This document shows, in pieces, positions 18,656 to 29,470 of a DNA stretch of 64,000 bases. The stretch's first letter is position 1. Each line of letters begins with the position of its first letter. Made by a program: the position numbers and the translations under genes. The notes under the pieces are model-generated. The model did not search any database, was not told the origin of the DNA, and saw only the letters and a list, made by a program, of their open reading frames with translations. Source of the stretch: an uncultured Gemmatimonadales bacterium (GTDB taxonomy: Bacteria; Gemmatimonadota; Gemmatimonadetes; Longimicrobiales; RSA9); assembly GCA_963816355.1 (NCBI GenBank), contig CAWFKH010000003.1, positions 512,001-576,000 of the forward strand, written 5' to 3'.

Positions 18656-20587
18656 TTGAAGAACGAAACGAATCCCGAAGCACGCGATGCCGCGGCGGCG
18701 CTCAGTTCCGTCCTGGACGACCTTCTCGAGGGCGTCCAGATCATCGATTTCGAGTGGCGCTACGTCTACCTGAACAAGGCGGCCGGCCGACACGGCCGCC
18801 GCGCTCGCGAGGAGCTGATCGGGCGCACCATGACGGAGGCGTATCCCGGCATCGACGCGACGCCGGTGTTCGCCGCTCTCCAGCGCTGCATGACGGAGCG
18901 CGCGCCCCAGCAGATGGTGAATCGTTTCACCTACCCGGACGGCCGCGCCTCGTGGTTCGACCTCCGCGTCAACGCCGTCCCCATGGGCATCCTCGTCCTC
19001 TCCGTCGACGTGACGGCGCAGAAGGAAGCCGAGCTGCTGCTCCGCCAGAGCCGTGAGGATCTGGCGACGACGCTGGATTGCATGGCGGACGCGGTGATCG
19101 CCACCGACCGGGGCGGCCTCGTCACGCGCATCAACCCGGCGGCGCGCGAGATGATCGGGTGGGGCGAGGAAGAGGCTCGCGGGCGGCCGCTCGACGAGAT
19201 GGTGCGCTTCGTCGACCAGCGGACCGGCGAGCCGCTCTCCGACCCGGTCCGGCAGACGCTGGGCGGGCAGCGGAGGATCGGCGCCGCGGGAGAAACGCGC
19301 CTCGTCGGGCGCGGCGGCGCGACCTTGCCGGTCGCGGCGAGCGCGGCTCCGTTGCGGGACGCGGACGGCACGGTGCGCGGCGTGGTCCTCGTGCTGAAGA
19401 ACATGAAGGTGGAGCACGAGCTGACGCTGATGCTCCAGCAGTCGCAGAAGATGGAGGCGATCGGTCAACTCGCGGGCGGCGTGGCCCACGACTTCAACAA
19501 CCTGCTCACGGTGATCGCAGCGCACGGCGACATGCTGCTCGGCGAGATCCCGGCGACCGATCCGATCCGCGGCGACGTGGAGGAGATCCGGTCGGCGGCC
19601 GATCGCGCCGCTTCCCTCACCCGTCAACTGCTCGCCTTCAGCCGCAAGCAGGTGCTGCAGCCGGAGGTCGTCGCCCTCGACGCCGTGGTGGAGGGAATGG
19701 AGCCGCTGCTCCGCCGGCTGATCGGGGAGCACATCGAGCTCGTCACGGACCTGAAGCCCGGTCTCGTGCCCGTCCTGGTCGACCCGGGCCAGGTCGAGCA
19801 GGTCGTCATGAATCTGGCCCTCAACGCTCGCGACGCGATGCCGGACGGCGGCACGCTCATCATCGAGAGCGCGAATGTCGAGCTCGACGACGAGTACGCC
19901 CGCTCCCATCCCGGCGCGCTCATCGGTCCGCACGCGATGATCGCCGTGACCGACACCGGCGCCGGCATGGACGCGGCGACGCGGGCGCGCATCTTCGAGC
20001 CGTTCTTCACGACCAAGGAGACTGGGAAGGGGACCGGTCTCGGGCTCGCGATGGTGTACGGCATCGTGAAGCAGAGCGGCGGCGACATCTGGGTCTACAG
20101 CGAGCCGGGGCGCGGGACGACGCTCAAGATCTATTTCCCGCGCGCCGACGTCGAGCCGGCCGCCGCGCCGGCCGCCGCGAGCGCGCCCGGACCCGTGCGG
20201 GGCGCCGGCACGATCCTGCTGGTCGAAGACGACGACGCCGTGCGGCGCGCGGTGCGGCGCATGCTCGAGAGGGGCGGCTACACCGTGCTCGACACCGGCA
20301 GGCCCCAGGAGGCGATCGAGCGCTGCGCGCGGGCCGCCGAGCCGATCGACCTGCTCCTCACCGACGTCGTGATGCCGGGCATGAACGGGCGCGAGATGGT
20401 CGAGCGCATCCTCGCGGTGCGGCCGGGGATCCGCGTCGTCTACATGTCCGGCTACACCGACGACGCGATCGTCCACCACGGCGTGCTCGACCCCGGCACC
20501 GCCTTCATCGAGAAGCCGATCACCGCCGATCTCCTGCTCCGCACGCTGCGCCGCTACCTCGTCGATCCGCCGCGCATCCGCGAATAG
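18656..20587 (+). CDS. Cytoplasmic PAS-PAS hybrid histidine kinase / receiver (CckA-like architecture)
   Basis: Two PAS-like domains, AGGVAHDFNNLL, NLALNARDAM, DTGAGM, GTGLGL, receiver LLTDVVMPGMNG. Confidence 0.9.
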   Translation: MKNETNPEARDAAAALSSVLDDLLEGVQIIDFEWRYVYLNKAAGRHGRRAREELIGRTMTEAYPGIDATPVFAALQRCMTERAPQQMVNRFTYPDGRASWFDLRVNAVPMGILVLSVDVTAQKEAELLLRQSREDLATTLDCMADAVIATDRGGLVTRINPAAREMIGWGEEEARGRPLDEMVRFVDQRTGEPLSDPVRQTLGGQRRIGAAGETRLVGRGGATLPVAASAAPLRDADGTVRGVVLVLKNMKVEHELTLMLQQSQKMEAIGQLAGGVAHDFNNLLTVIAAHGDMLLGEIPATDPIRGDVEEIRSAADRAASLTRQLLAFSRKQVLQPEVVALDAVVEGMEPLLRRLIGEHIELVTDLKPGLVPVLVDPGQVEQVVMNLALNARDAMPDGGTLIIESANVELDDEYARSHPGALIGPHAMIAVTDTGAGMDAATRARIFEPFFTTKETGKGTGLGLAMVYGIVKQSGGDIWVYSEPGRGTTLKIYFPRADVEPAAAPAAASAPGPVRGAGTILLVEDDDAVRRAVRRMLERGGYTVLDTGRPQEAIERCARAAEPIDLLLTDVVMPGMNGREMVERILAVRPGIRVVYMSGYTDDAIVHHGVLDPGTAFIEKPITADLLLRTLRRYLVDPPRIRE

Positions 20588-20719
20588 TCGCCGGCTCCCG
20601 CCCGGGCCGCCCCGAAGGAACCCGCGTCGCGAAGGGAAGTACTAGTTCCGGAGCCCGGATTCCCCGGCCGCCGCGGCCTCGCCGGCGGTCCTCCTCGCCC
20701 ACCGATCGACGGGTCCCGC

Positions 20720-21565
20720 ATGGACGCTCGGGTTTCGGAAAGCGCCACGCAGGCGAAGCTCGTCCGCCTGGAGTCGATCATCCGCGACTGCGGATCCGTC
20801 TGCATCGGCTACTCGGGCGGCGTGGACTCCGTCTTCCTCGCGCTGGTCGCGCTCCGCGAGCTCGGGCCGCGGCGCGTGCTCGCCGTGACCGGTCGCAGCG
20901 CCTCCTACCCGGCTGTGCAGCGCGAGATGGCGCGGGCGTGTTCGCGGCGCTTCGCCATCCCGCACCTCGAGATCGACACCGACGAGGTCGAGGATCCTCG
21001 CTACGCGGCCAACCCGTCCGACCGCTGCTACTACTGCAAGAGCGAGCTGTGGTCACGGCTGCACGCGGTCGCGCGTGGCCGCGGGCTCGCCGCGGTCCTC
21101 GACGGCTCCAACGCGGACGACGCCGGCGACTGGCGGCCCGGCCTGCGCGCCGCGGGCGAACGCGGGGTCCGCTCCCCGCTCGCCGAAGCGGGTCTCACGA
21201 AGGCCGAGATCCGCGCCCTCTCGCGCGCGCTCGGCCTCCCCACCTGGGATCAGCCCGCGGCCCCGTGCCTGTCGAGTCGGCTGCCGTACGGCCTTGCCGT
21301 GACGCCCGAGCGCCTCCGCCAGGTCGAGCGCGCCGAGACGCTACTCCGCGACGTCGGCTTCTGCGAGTTCCGCGTGCGTCATCACGGCGACGTCGCCCGG
21401 CTCGAGTTCGCGCCGAGCGAGCTGCCCCGGGCGGCCGAGCTGGCGATGTCCGTCGCGGGGCGCATCACGGCGCTCGGATTCGCCGCGGTCGTGCTCGACG
21501 TCGAGGGCTATCGTCGCGGCGCGCTCAACGAAGCCCTCCCCCTCGTGAGGATCTCCGCGGCATGA
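20720..21565 (+). CDS. larE: ATP-dependent sulfur transferase LarE (CxxC-C, Fe-S type)
   Basis: PP-loop YSGGVDS, NPSDRCYYCKSEL, DGSNADD, RPG, PCLSSRLPYG, FRVRHHG, GYRRG. Confidence 0.9.
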   Translation: MDARVSESATQAKLVRLESIIRDCGSVCIGYSGGVDSVFLALVALRELGPRRVLAVTGRSASYPAVQREMARACSRRFAIPHLEIDTDEVEDPRYAANPSDRCYYCKSELWSRLHAVARGRGLAAVLDGSNADDAGDWRPGLRAAGERGVRSPLAEAGLTKAEIRALSRALGLPTWDQPAAPCLSSRLPYGLAVTPERLRQVERAETLLRDVGFCEFRVRHHGDVARLEFAPSELPRAAELAMSVAGRITALGFAAVVLDVEGYRRGALNEALPLVRISAA

Positions 21566-21864
21566 GCGACGACCTCGCCCTGCAGGCGGAGCGGCTGCTG
21601 CGCGAGCACGGCCTGCACGCGCACGTCACGGTGCGCGGCTTCGACGGCAGCATCGCCGCGGTCGCGGCGCCGGTGCAGGAGCTGGAAGCGGTCGCGCGCC
21701 TCGCCCCGAAGCTGCGCGAGCTGGGCTTCCAGTACGTCGCGATCGACCTCGGCGTCCCCTCCGAGGGACCGGCCGACCCGCCCGGTCGCGAGCCTCCCGG
21801 AGACGGCGCGGACGGCGCCGACCGGGACGCGGACGGAGACGACGACGGACGTACGAGCCGATGA
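21562..21864 (+). CDS. Small protein resembling the LarE C-terminal domain
   Basis: ATGA overlaps at both ends; AERLLREHG..VTVRGFDGSIAAV...LRELGFQYVAIDL parallels LarE AETLLRDVG..FRVRHHGDVARL...ITALGFAAVVLDV. Confidence 0.65.
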   Translation: MSDDLALQAERLLREHGLHAHVTVRGFDGSIAAVAAPVQELEAVARLAPKLRELGFQYVAIDLGVPSEGPADPPGREPPGDGADGADRDADGDDDGRTSR

Positions 21865-23093
21865 CGCTTCCCGACGACGTCGTCTACCTCGACTTCGCGG
21901 CGACGTCGGCGCGGCGGCCGGGAGAGGTCGTCGAGGCGGTCTCGCGCTACCTGACGGAGGTCGGCGCGACGCCCGGCCGCGCCGGCCATCGCCTCGCGCG
22001 CGACGCCGGCCGCGTGGCGCTGGAGTGCCGCCAGGCGCTCGCCGCTCTCTTCGGCGTGCCGGGCGACGCCGGCCGCATCGCCTTCACGTTCAACGCGACC
22101 CACGCGCTGAACGTCGCGCTCGCGGGCACACTGCGGCGCGGCGACGTCGTGGTGCGGACCGCGCTGGACCACAACGCGGTTCGCCGTCCGCTCGTCCGGC
22201 TGGCGCGCGAGCGCGGCGTGGAGGTGCGGGTGGTTCCGGCGACGCGCGATGGCGCGCTCGATCGCGGCGCGCTGGTGCGGATGCTGCGCGGCGCGCGGCT
22301 CCTGGTCGTGAACCACGCTTCGAACGTGCTCGGCACGGTGCTGGACGTGGCGGATCTCGCTGAGCGGGCGCACGCCGCGGGCGCGCTGGTGCTGGTGGAC
22401 GCGGCGCAGACGGCGGGCCACGTTGCGATCGACGTCGGCGCGCAGGGGATCGACCTGCTCGCGTTCACGGGACACAAAGGGCTGCTGGGACCGCAGGGCA
22501 CCGGGGGACTATGGGTGCGCGAAGGCGTGGAGGTCGAGCCGCTGCTCGCGGGCGGCTCGGGCGGGGACTCGCTGCTCGCCGACATGCCCGCCGCCTGGCC
22601 GGACCACTTGGAGGCGGGTACCCTCAACGCGCCCGGGATCGCGGGGCTGGCGAGCGGGGTTGCGTGGCTGCGACGCGAGGGGGTCGAGCGCATCCGCGCG
22701 CGCACGTCGTCGCTGCACCGCGCGCTCGCGGACGGGCTCGCGGCGATCGAGGGACTCGACGTGCTCAGCCCGCTATCGGCGCAGAGCGTGCCGATCGTGA
22801 CGATCGCCTCGCCGCAGCTGCGCGCGGACCGCCTCGCGGACCGACTCGACCGTGAGCACGGCGTCCTCGTGCGGGCGGGGCTGCACTGCGCCCCCGATGT
22901 GCATCGGCTGATCGGGACCGCGGAGACCGGCGCGGTGCGCTTCTCGCTCGGCTGGTCGACCACGGAGTCGGACGTGGCGCGGGCGCTGGAGGCCGTGGCG
23001 CGAACCCTCCGCGCCGCGTCGCGAAGCGGGCCCCCCGTTTCCGCCGGCGCCATCGGAGGCGACGGCCCGGACGACGAGAGCAGAATCTCCTGA
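21861..23093 (+). CDS. Cysteine desulfurase (PLP class V, group II-type RxGxHCA motif)
   Basis: YLDFAATS, DAAQTAGH, FTGHKGLLGPQGTGG, EAGTLN, VRAGLHCAP. Confidence 0.9.
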   Translation: MTLPDDVVYLDFAATSARRPGEVVEAVSRYLTEVGATPGRAGHRLARDAGRVALECRQALAALFGVPGDAGRIAFTFNATHALNVALAGTLRRGDVVVRTALDHNAVRRPLVRLARERGVEVRVVPATRDGALDRGALVRMLRGARLLVVNHASNVLGTVLDVADLAERAHAAGALVLVDAAQTAGHVAIDVGAQGIDLLAFTGHKGLLGPQGTGGLWVREGVEVEPLLAGGSGGDSLLADMPAAWPDHLEAGTLNAPGIAGLASGVAWLRREGVERIRARTSSLHRALADGLAAIEGLDVLSPLSAQSVPIVTIASPQLRADRLADRLDREHGVLVRAGLHCAPDVHRLIGTAETGAVRFSLGWSTTESDVARALEAVARTLRAASRSGPPVSAGAIGGDGPDDESRIS

Positions 23094-23110
23094 GGAGGCG
23101 AAGCGACTCG

Positions 23111-23701
23111 ATGAGGCTGTTCATCGCATTGAATCTCCCGGCCGCGGAGCGCCGCCGTCTGGCGCGCGCGAGCAAGCCACTGCGCGAGTCGGCGCTTCCG
23201 GTGCAGTGGCTGCCGCCGGAGTCCCTCCACCTCACGCTCAAGTTCCTCGGCGAGGTGCCGCCGGAGGAGGCGGAGAAGGTGGAGCGGACGGTGCGTGAGA
23301 TCGCGGCCAAGTCGTCGCCGTTCCCCCTCGAGCTGAGTGGCTTCGGCGCCTTCCCCTCGTTGCGCCGCCCGCGGGTCGTGTGGTGCGGCGCCAACGCGCT
23401 GCCGCAACTGCGCGCGCTGAAGCACGACCTGGAGTGGGAGCTCGCCTCGCTCGGGTTCGAGCGAGAGCTGCGCGCGTTCCACCCTCACGTCACGCTCGGC
23501 CGCGCGCACTCCGACGCGCTCGCCGGCGAGTTCCGCGAGCTCGAGGGGATCGTCGCCGGGCTCGAGTACGGCGCCGTCCTCGACCCGCACACGGTCGACC
23601 TCGTGCAGAGCCGCCTCTCTCCGGCGGGCGCGACGTACACGATCGTGGCGCGCATGCCGCTCGGGCGTGCATCCCGCGTGGGCGGGCGGGCTCACCGATG
23701 A
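23111..23701 (+). CDS. thpR: RNA 2',3'-cyclic phosphodiesterase (2H family)
   Basis: MRLFIAL start; two HxT motifs HLTLKFLG and FHPHVTLGR. Confidence 0.92.
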   Translation: MRLFIALNLPAAERRRLARASKPLRESALPVQWLPPESLHLTLKFLGEVPPEEAEKVERTVREIAAKSSPFPLELSGFGAFPSLRRPRVVWCGANALPQLRALKHDLEWELASLGFERELRAFHPHVTLGRAHSDALAGEFRELEGIVAGLEYGAVLDPHTVDLVQSRLSPAGATYTIVARMPLGRASRVGGRAHR

Positions 23702-23714
23702 GGCGGATGGACGC

Positions 23715-24365
23715 ATGATACGGAGCTGCTTCGGCCGCCTCTTCGCGATCGTCCTGCTCGCGGCGATCGGCGCGCTCGCGTGGTTGAACCGCGACCGCCT
23801 GCTCGGCGCCTGGCACGCGCGGCACCGCGCCGTGGCCGTCGCAGAAGCGCCCTCGGCGGCCCTGGCCGAACGCGCCGCCGGCAAGCTCGCCTCGCTCGGT
23901 GAGGGCCGCGCCTCCACGCGCGTCGCGCTCGCGCAGCCGGAGGTGCAGAGCCTGATCGACTACCGCTTCGCCTCGGCGATCCCCTCCTACCTGCACGACC
24001 CGCGCGTCGTGCTGGACGAGGACGTGATGGAGGTTCGCGCGCGCGTGCCGCGCGAGGCGATGCCGGAGATCCCGGGCGCCGGCGAGTTCATCTCGCTGCT
24101 TCCGGACACCACGGAGGTCGCGGCGCGCACGCGCCTGCTGCCGCTCCAGGAGGGCCGCGTCGCGCTCGCCGTCGGCCAGATCAGCGCGGCCAAGATCCCG
24201 CTTCCGGGCCGCATGATCCCGGCGCTGCTGCGGCGCCTGGGCAGACGGGAGGAGCCCGGACTGCCGGGCGACGCGATCGCCGTGCGGCTGCCCGAAGGCG
24301 TCTGCTCGGCCTACGTGCACGCCGATTCGCTCGTGCTCGTGGGGCGCGAGGGGGGCTGCCGCTGA
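23715..24365 (+). CDS. Membrane-anchored hypothetical protein
   Basis: N-terminal TM helix; in operon context between thpR and the response regulator. Confidence 0.65.
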   Translation: MIRSCFGRLFAIVLLAAIGALAWLNRDRLLGAWHARHRAVAVAEAPSAALAERAAGKLASLGEGRASTRVALAQPEVQSLIDYRFASAIPSYLHDPRVVLDEDVMEVRARVPREAMPEIPGAGEFISLLPDTTEVAARTRLLPLQEGRVALAVGQISAAKIPLPGRMIPALLRRLGRREEPGLPGDAIAVRLPEGVCSAYVHADSLVLVGREGGCR

Positions 24366-24367
24366 GG

Positions 24368-25725
<1,358 letters not shown>

Positions 25726-25729
<4 letters not shown>

Positions 25730-25914
25730 CCTACACGCTGGCGTGGGCGCTCCTCGCCGTGCTGTGGGCGGCGACGTCGCTCGGCGGCGGAGCGCTGCTC
25801 GGCCTCCTCGCCCAGCGCATGCACCCCGCGCTCTCCTTCCGCAGGCTGTGGCTCTTCTACGCATTCCTCATGGCGCTCTTCACCGGCGTCGTCTTCGCCG
25901 TCGCGTGGCTGTGA
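25726..25914 (+). CDS. Small two-helix membrane protein with probable CTG start (absent from ORF track)
   Basis: CTG overlaps the regulator's TGA (CTGA) after GGAGGAG; LTYTLAWALLAVLWAATSLGGGALLGLLAQRMHPALSFRRLWLFYAFLMALFTGVVFAVAWL*. Confidence 0.6.
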
Positions 25915-26026
25915 GCGGCCGCGACCGCTTGCGACGACTCCGCCGGCGTGCCACTATCCCCGTCGGCACGAGAGGGAGAAGGGCGGAGCGCGCGCGCCGC
26001 GGCGCCCGTCCGAACGGGGAGACGGC

Positions 26027-27526
26027 ATGTCGCAGAGCTTCGAGAACTTCGTCGCCGGGGAGTGGACCGGATCGGCGTCCGGCGAGACGTTCGAGAACCG
26101 CAATCCCGCCGATCGCGACGACCTGATCGGCCTCTTCCCCAGCTCCGGCACCGAGGACCTGCGGCGCGCCGTCGCCTCCGCGAAGCGCGGCTTCGAGGCG
26201 TGGCGCCGCACGCCGGCGCCGGCGCGAGGGGACGTCATCCGGCGCGCCGGCGACCTGCTCTCGGCCCGCAAGGAGGAGATCGCCCATCTCATGACGCGCG
26301 AGATGGGGAAGGTCCTCGAAGAGACGCGCGGCGACGTGCAGGAGGGGATCGACACCGCGTACTACGCGGCGACGGAGGGGCGCCGCCTCTTCGGCCACAC
26401 GGTGCCGAGCGAGCTGCGCTCGAAGTGGGCGATGAGCTTCCGCCGGCCGATCGGCATCTGCGGCCTCATCACGCCGTTCAACTTCCCGCTCGCGATCCCC
26501 ACCTGGAAGATGTTCCCCGCGCTGTTGTGCGGGAACGCCGTGATCTTCAAGCCGGCCGAAGACGTGCCGCACACCGCGACGGTGCTCGTCGAGGTGCTGC
26601 TCGAGGCAGGCCTGCCGCCGGAGACGATCCAGTTGCTGCACGGGCACGGCGAGACGATCGGCGCCGCGCTCGTCGCGCATCGCGACGTCGGCGTCATCTC
26701 CTTCACCGGCTCGACGGCGACGGGCGCGAAAATCGGCGAGACGTGCGGCCGCATGCACAAGCGGCTGTCGCTCGAGATGGGCGGCAAGAACGCGCAGATC
26801 GTCATGCCGGACGCCGACGTCGCCCTGGCGCTCGACGGCGTCCTGTGGGGCGCGTTCGGCACGACCGGACAGCGCTGCACGGCCACCAGCCGGCTCCTCC
26901 TCCACGCCGACATCCACGACGACTTCCTCGATCGGCTGCTCGATCGCGTGCAGGCGCTGCGCCTCGGCGACGGCCGCGAGGCGGGCACCGACGTCGGTCC
27001 GCTCATCAACGCCGCCGCGCTCGAGAAGGTGGGCGGCTACGTCGCGGTCGCGCGCGAGGAGGGCGACGAGGTGCTGTGCGGCGGCCGGCCCGCGGAGGGG
27101 GGCGCGCTCGATCGCGGCTTCTTCTACGAGCCGACCGTGCTGCGCGGCGTCCGCCCCGGCAGCCGGCTCGCCTGCGAGGAAGTCTTCGGCCCGGTGCTCA
27201 GCGTGATGCGATTCCAGGATGCGGACGAAGCGTTCCGCATCAACAACGAAGTCGCCTACGGCCTCTCGAGCTCCGTCTACACGCGCGACGTCCTGCTGGC
27301 GTTCCGCGCGATCAACGAGCTGGACACCGGAATCACCTACATCAACGCCCCGACCATCGGCGCCGAGGCGCACCTCCCGTTCGGCGGCGTGAAGCAGACG
27401 GGCAACGGCCACCGCGAGGGCGGCTGGGAAGTCTACGACTTCTACAGCGAGACGAAGGTCGCTTACGTCGACTACTCGGGGAAGTTGCAGCGCGCCCAGA
27501 TCGACAACTACGAAGCGGCGCCGTAG
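26027..27526 (+). CDS. NAD(P)-dependent aldehyde dehydrogenase
   Basis: ITPFNFP, FTGS, LEMGGKN, GQRCTA, EEVFGP, PFGGVKQTG. Confidence 0.95.
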   Translation: MSQSFENFVAGEWTGSASGETFENRNPADRDDLIGLFPSSGTEDLRRAVASAKRGFEAWRRTPAPARGDVIRRAGDLLSARKEEIAHLMTREMGKVLEETRGDVQEGIDTAYYAATEGRRLFGHTVPSELRSKWAMSFRRPIGICGLITPFNFPLAIPTWKMFPALLCGNAVIFKPAEDVPHTATVLVEVLLEAGLPPETIQLLHGHGETIGAALVAHRDVGVISFTGSTATGAKIGETCGRMHKRLSLEMGGKNAQIVMPDADVALALDGVLWGAFGTTGQRCTATSRLLLHADIHDDFLDRLLDRVQALRLGDGREAGTDVGPLINAAALEKVGGYVAVAREEGDEVLCGGRPAEGGALDRGFFYEPTVLRGVRPGSRLACEEVFGPVLSVMRFQDADEAFRINNEVAYGLSSSVYTRDVLLAFRAINELDTGITYINAPTIGAEAHLPFGGVKQTGNGHREGGWEVYDFYSETKVAYVDYSGKLQRAQIDNYEAAP

Positions 27527-27545
27527 TGATCGGCGCGGCGGCGAT

Positions 27546-27575
27546 TTGACAGCCGGATACCCCTTCCTTCATCAT
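27546..27575 (+). promoter_or_regulatory. Sigma-70 promoter directly before lepB (possibly leaderless)
   Basis: TTGACA-N18-CATCAT, followed 5 nt later by the GTG at 27581; no SD. Confidence 0.5.
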
Positions 27576-27580
27576 AGTAC

Positions 27581-28354
27581 GTGGACTCTGCGGATTCAGT
27601 ACGGCCGGAGGCTGTTGCAGAGGGCGGCGAGGTCGACGGCCGCTCGGGCGCGGGGGGGCATCGCGTCGCCCGCGTCGCCCGCTGGATCTGGGACTGGACG
27701 CGCTCGCTCGCCGTCGCTTTCCTCATCTTCATCGGCATCCGCACCTTTCTCGTGGAGGCGTTCCGGATCCCCACGGGGAGCATGGAGAGGACCCTGCTGG
27801 TCGGTGATTTTCTGCTCGTCAACAAGGCGGTCTACGGCGCACAGATCCCGGGAACGCACGCGCACCTCCCGGGTTTCGGCGATCCGCAACGCGGCGACGT
27901 CATCGTGTTCATTCCGCCGCACGACCCCGGGCGCCACTACGTGAAGCGGCTCGTGGGAGTGGCCGGGGACACGCTATCCATGCGCGACAAGGTGCTCTAT
28001 CGGGACCGCATCCGTGTGGAGGAGCCGTACGCGCAGCACACGGATTTCCTCGGCGATCCACGCTCCCGCGACATGCTGTGGCAGCGGGAGTACCTGCCCG
28101 CCGGCGTCGATCCCCGGAGCTATCGCCCCTCGCGAGACAACTGGGGACCGATCGTCGTGCCGCAGGGAGGCTACTTCGTGCTCGGCGACAACCGTGACGA
28201 CTCGGAGGACTCCCGCTACTGGGGCTTCGTCGACCCCGCGGCGGTGGAGGGACGGCCGATGATCGTCTACTACTCGTTCGATCCGCGCTCCATGGCACCC
28301 TTCCCGTGGCTCACGGAGGTCCGCTGGGCCCGGATCGGCGGCGCGATCCACTGA
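27581..28354 (+). CDS. lepB: Signal peptidase I
   Basis: IPTGSMERTL (Ser), YVKRLVG (Lys), GDNRDDSEDSRYWGFV. Confidence 0.93.
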   Translation: MDSADSVRPEAVAEGGEVDGRSGAGGHRVARVARWIWDWTRSLAVAFLIFIGIRTFLVEAFRIPTGSMERTLLVGDFLLVNKAVYGAQIPGTHAHLPGFGDPQRGDVIVFIPPHDPGRHYVKRLVGVAGDTLSMRDKVLYRDRIRVEEPYAQHTDFLGDPRSRDMLWQREYLPAGVDPRSYRPSRDNWGPIVVPQGGYFVLGDNRDDSEDSRYWGFVDPAAVEGRPMIVYYSFDPRSMAPFPWLTEVRWARIGGAIH

Positions 28355-28494
28355 GATGCGAAGCGTCGGGGAAGCCCGGCTCTCCCGGATAGATCGTTCA
28401 TCGAACCAGCATTGATCGTGGGTGGCCGTCGCGCCCGGCGCCCCGTGGGCTACGCAGCCCGTCGCGCCGCAACGCCGCATTACCGGAGCGTATC

Positions 28495-29355
28495 ATGAGC
28501 TTTTCCTCGCCGCGCCGACGTCTCAACGACGAGAGCTCGCTCGACCAGTACCTAAAGGAGATCAGCGCCTATCCGCTCCTGCGGCGGGAGCAGGAGGTCT
28601 CGCTCGCGAAGCGGATCCGGAAGGGGGATCAGGAGGCGCTCGATCATCTGGTGCGCTCCAATCTGCGCTTCGTCGTCTCCGTCGCGAAGAAGTACCAGAA
28701 CCAGGGCGTCGCCCTCGGCGATCTCATCAACGAGGGGAACCTCGGCCTCATCCGCGCCGCCCACAAGTTCGACGAGACGAAGGGCATTAAGTTCATCTCG
28801 TACGCGGTGTGGTGGATCCGGCAGGCGATCCTGCAGGCGCTCGCGGAGCAGAGCCGCATCGTGCGCGTCCCGCTCAACCGGGCGGGTGCGCTGCACCGCA
28901 TCGGGAAGCGGTCCTCGCTTCTGCTCCAGGAGCTGGGCCGGGAACCGACGGTCGAGGAGATCGCCGACGAGCTCGATCTGTCGCACGACGAGGTCGAGCG
29001 CACGCTCGCGATCTCGCAGGCGCACCTCTCGCTCGACGCGCCGCTCACGCCCGGCGAGGACAACCGGCTGCTGGACTACCTGCCGGACGCGGTGTCGCCC
29101 GGCCCGGACGACGAGACGTACGACCGCGCGTTGTCGACCACGATCGAGGAGGCGCTCGGCACGCTGAAGGAGCGCGAGGCCAAGGTGCTCCGGCTCTACT
29201 TCGGCCTCGACGGACAGGAGCCCATGACACTGGAGGAGATCGGGTCGCTGCTCGGCATCACGCGCGAGCGCGTGCGACAGATCAAGGAACGCGCCCTCGT
29301 GCGGCTGCGCCACGCCTCCCGCGCGCGATTCCTCGAGACCTTCCTCGGCCACTGA
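28495..29355 (+). CDS. RNA polymerase sigma-70 factor, RpoD/SigA family, lacking region 1.1
   Basis: SLDQYLKEI, SNLRFVVSVAKKY, KFISYAVWWIRQAI, TLEEIG...TRERVRQI. Confidence 0.93.
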   Translation: MSFSSPRRRLNDESSLDQYLKEISAYPLLRREQEVSLAKRIRKGDQEALDHLVRSNLRFVVSVAKKYQNQGVALGDLINEGNLGLIRAAHKFDETKGIKFISYAVWWIRQAILQALAEQSRIVRVPLNRAGALHRIGKRSSLLLQELGREPTVEEIADELDLSHDEVERTLAISQAHLSLDAPLTPGEDNRLLDYLPDAVSPGPDDETYDRALSTTIEEALGTLKEREAKVLRLYFGLDGQEPMTLEEIGSLLGITRERVRQIKERALVRLRHASRARFLETFLGH

Positions 29356-29470
29356 CCTTGGCCGTTCCAGACGATCACCCCGCGACGACCGCCACCGTGC
29401 CCGCCACCCGAGGCGCCCGGCACCCGGCGGAGCCAACGTCGCCACTTCCCTCGTCACTCCGTGATGCCCG

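Noticed and set aside
14680..20587. Genomic island inserted at comM
   Set aside because: comM is intact; no integrase, att repeats or obvious compositional shift in the neighbouring accessory-type genes
19078..21561. N-terminal ~830 aa of the 928-aa ORF 19078-21864
   Set aside because: Out-of-frame overlap with the kinase and larE; only the last 100 codons look protein-like
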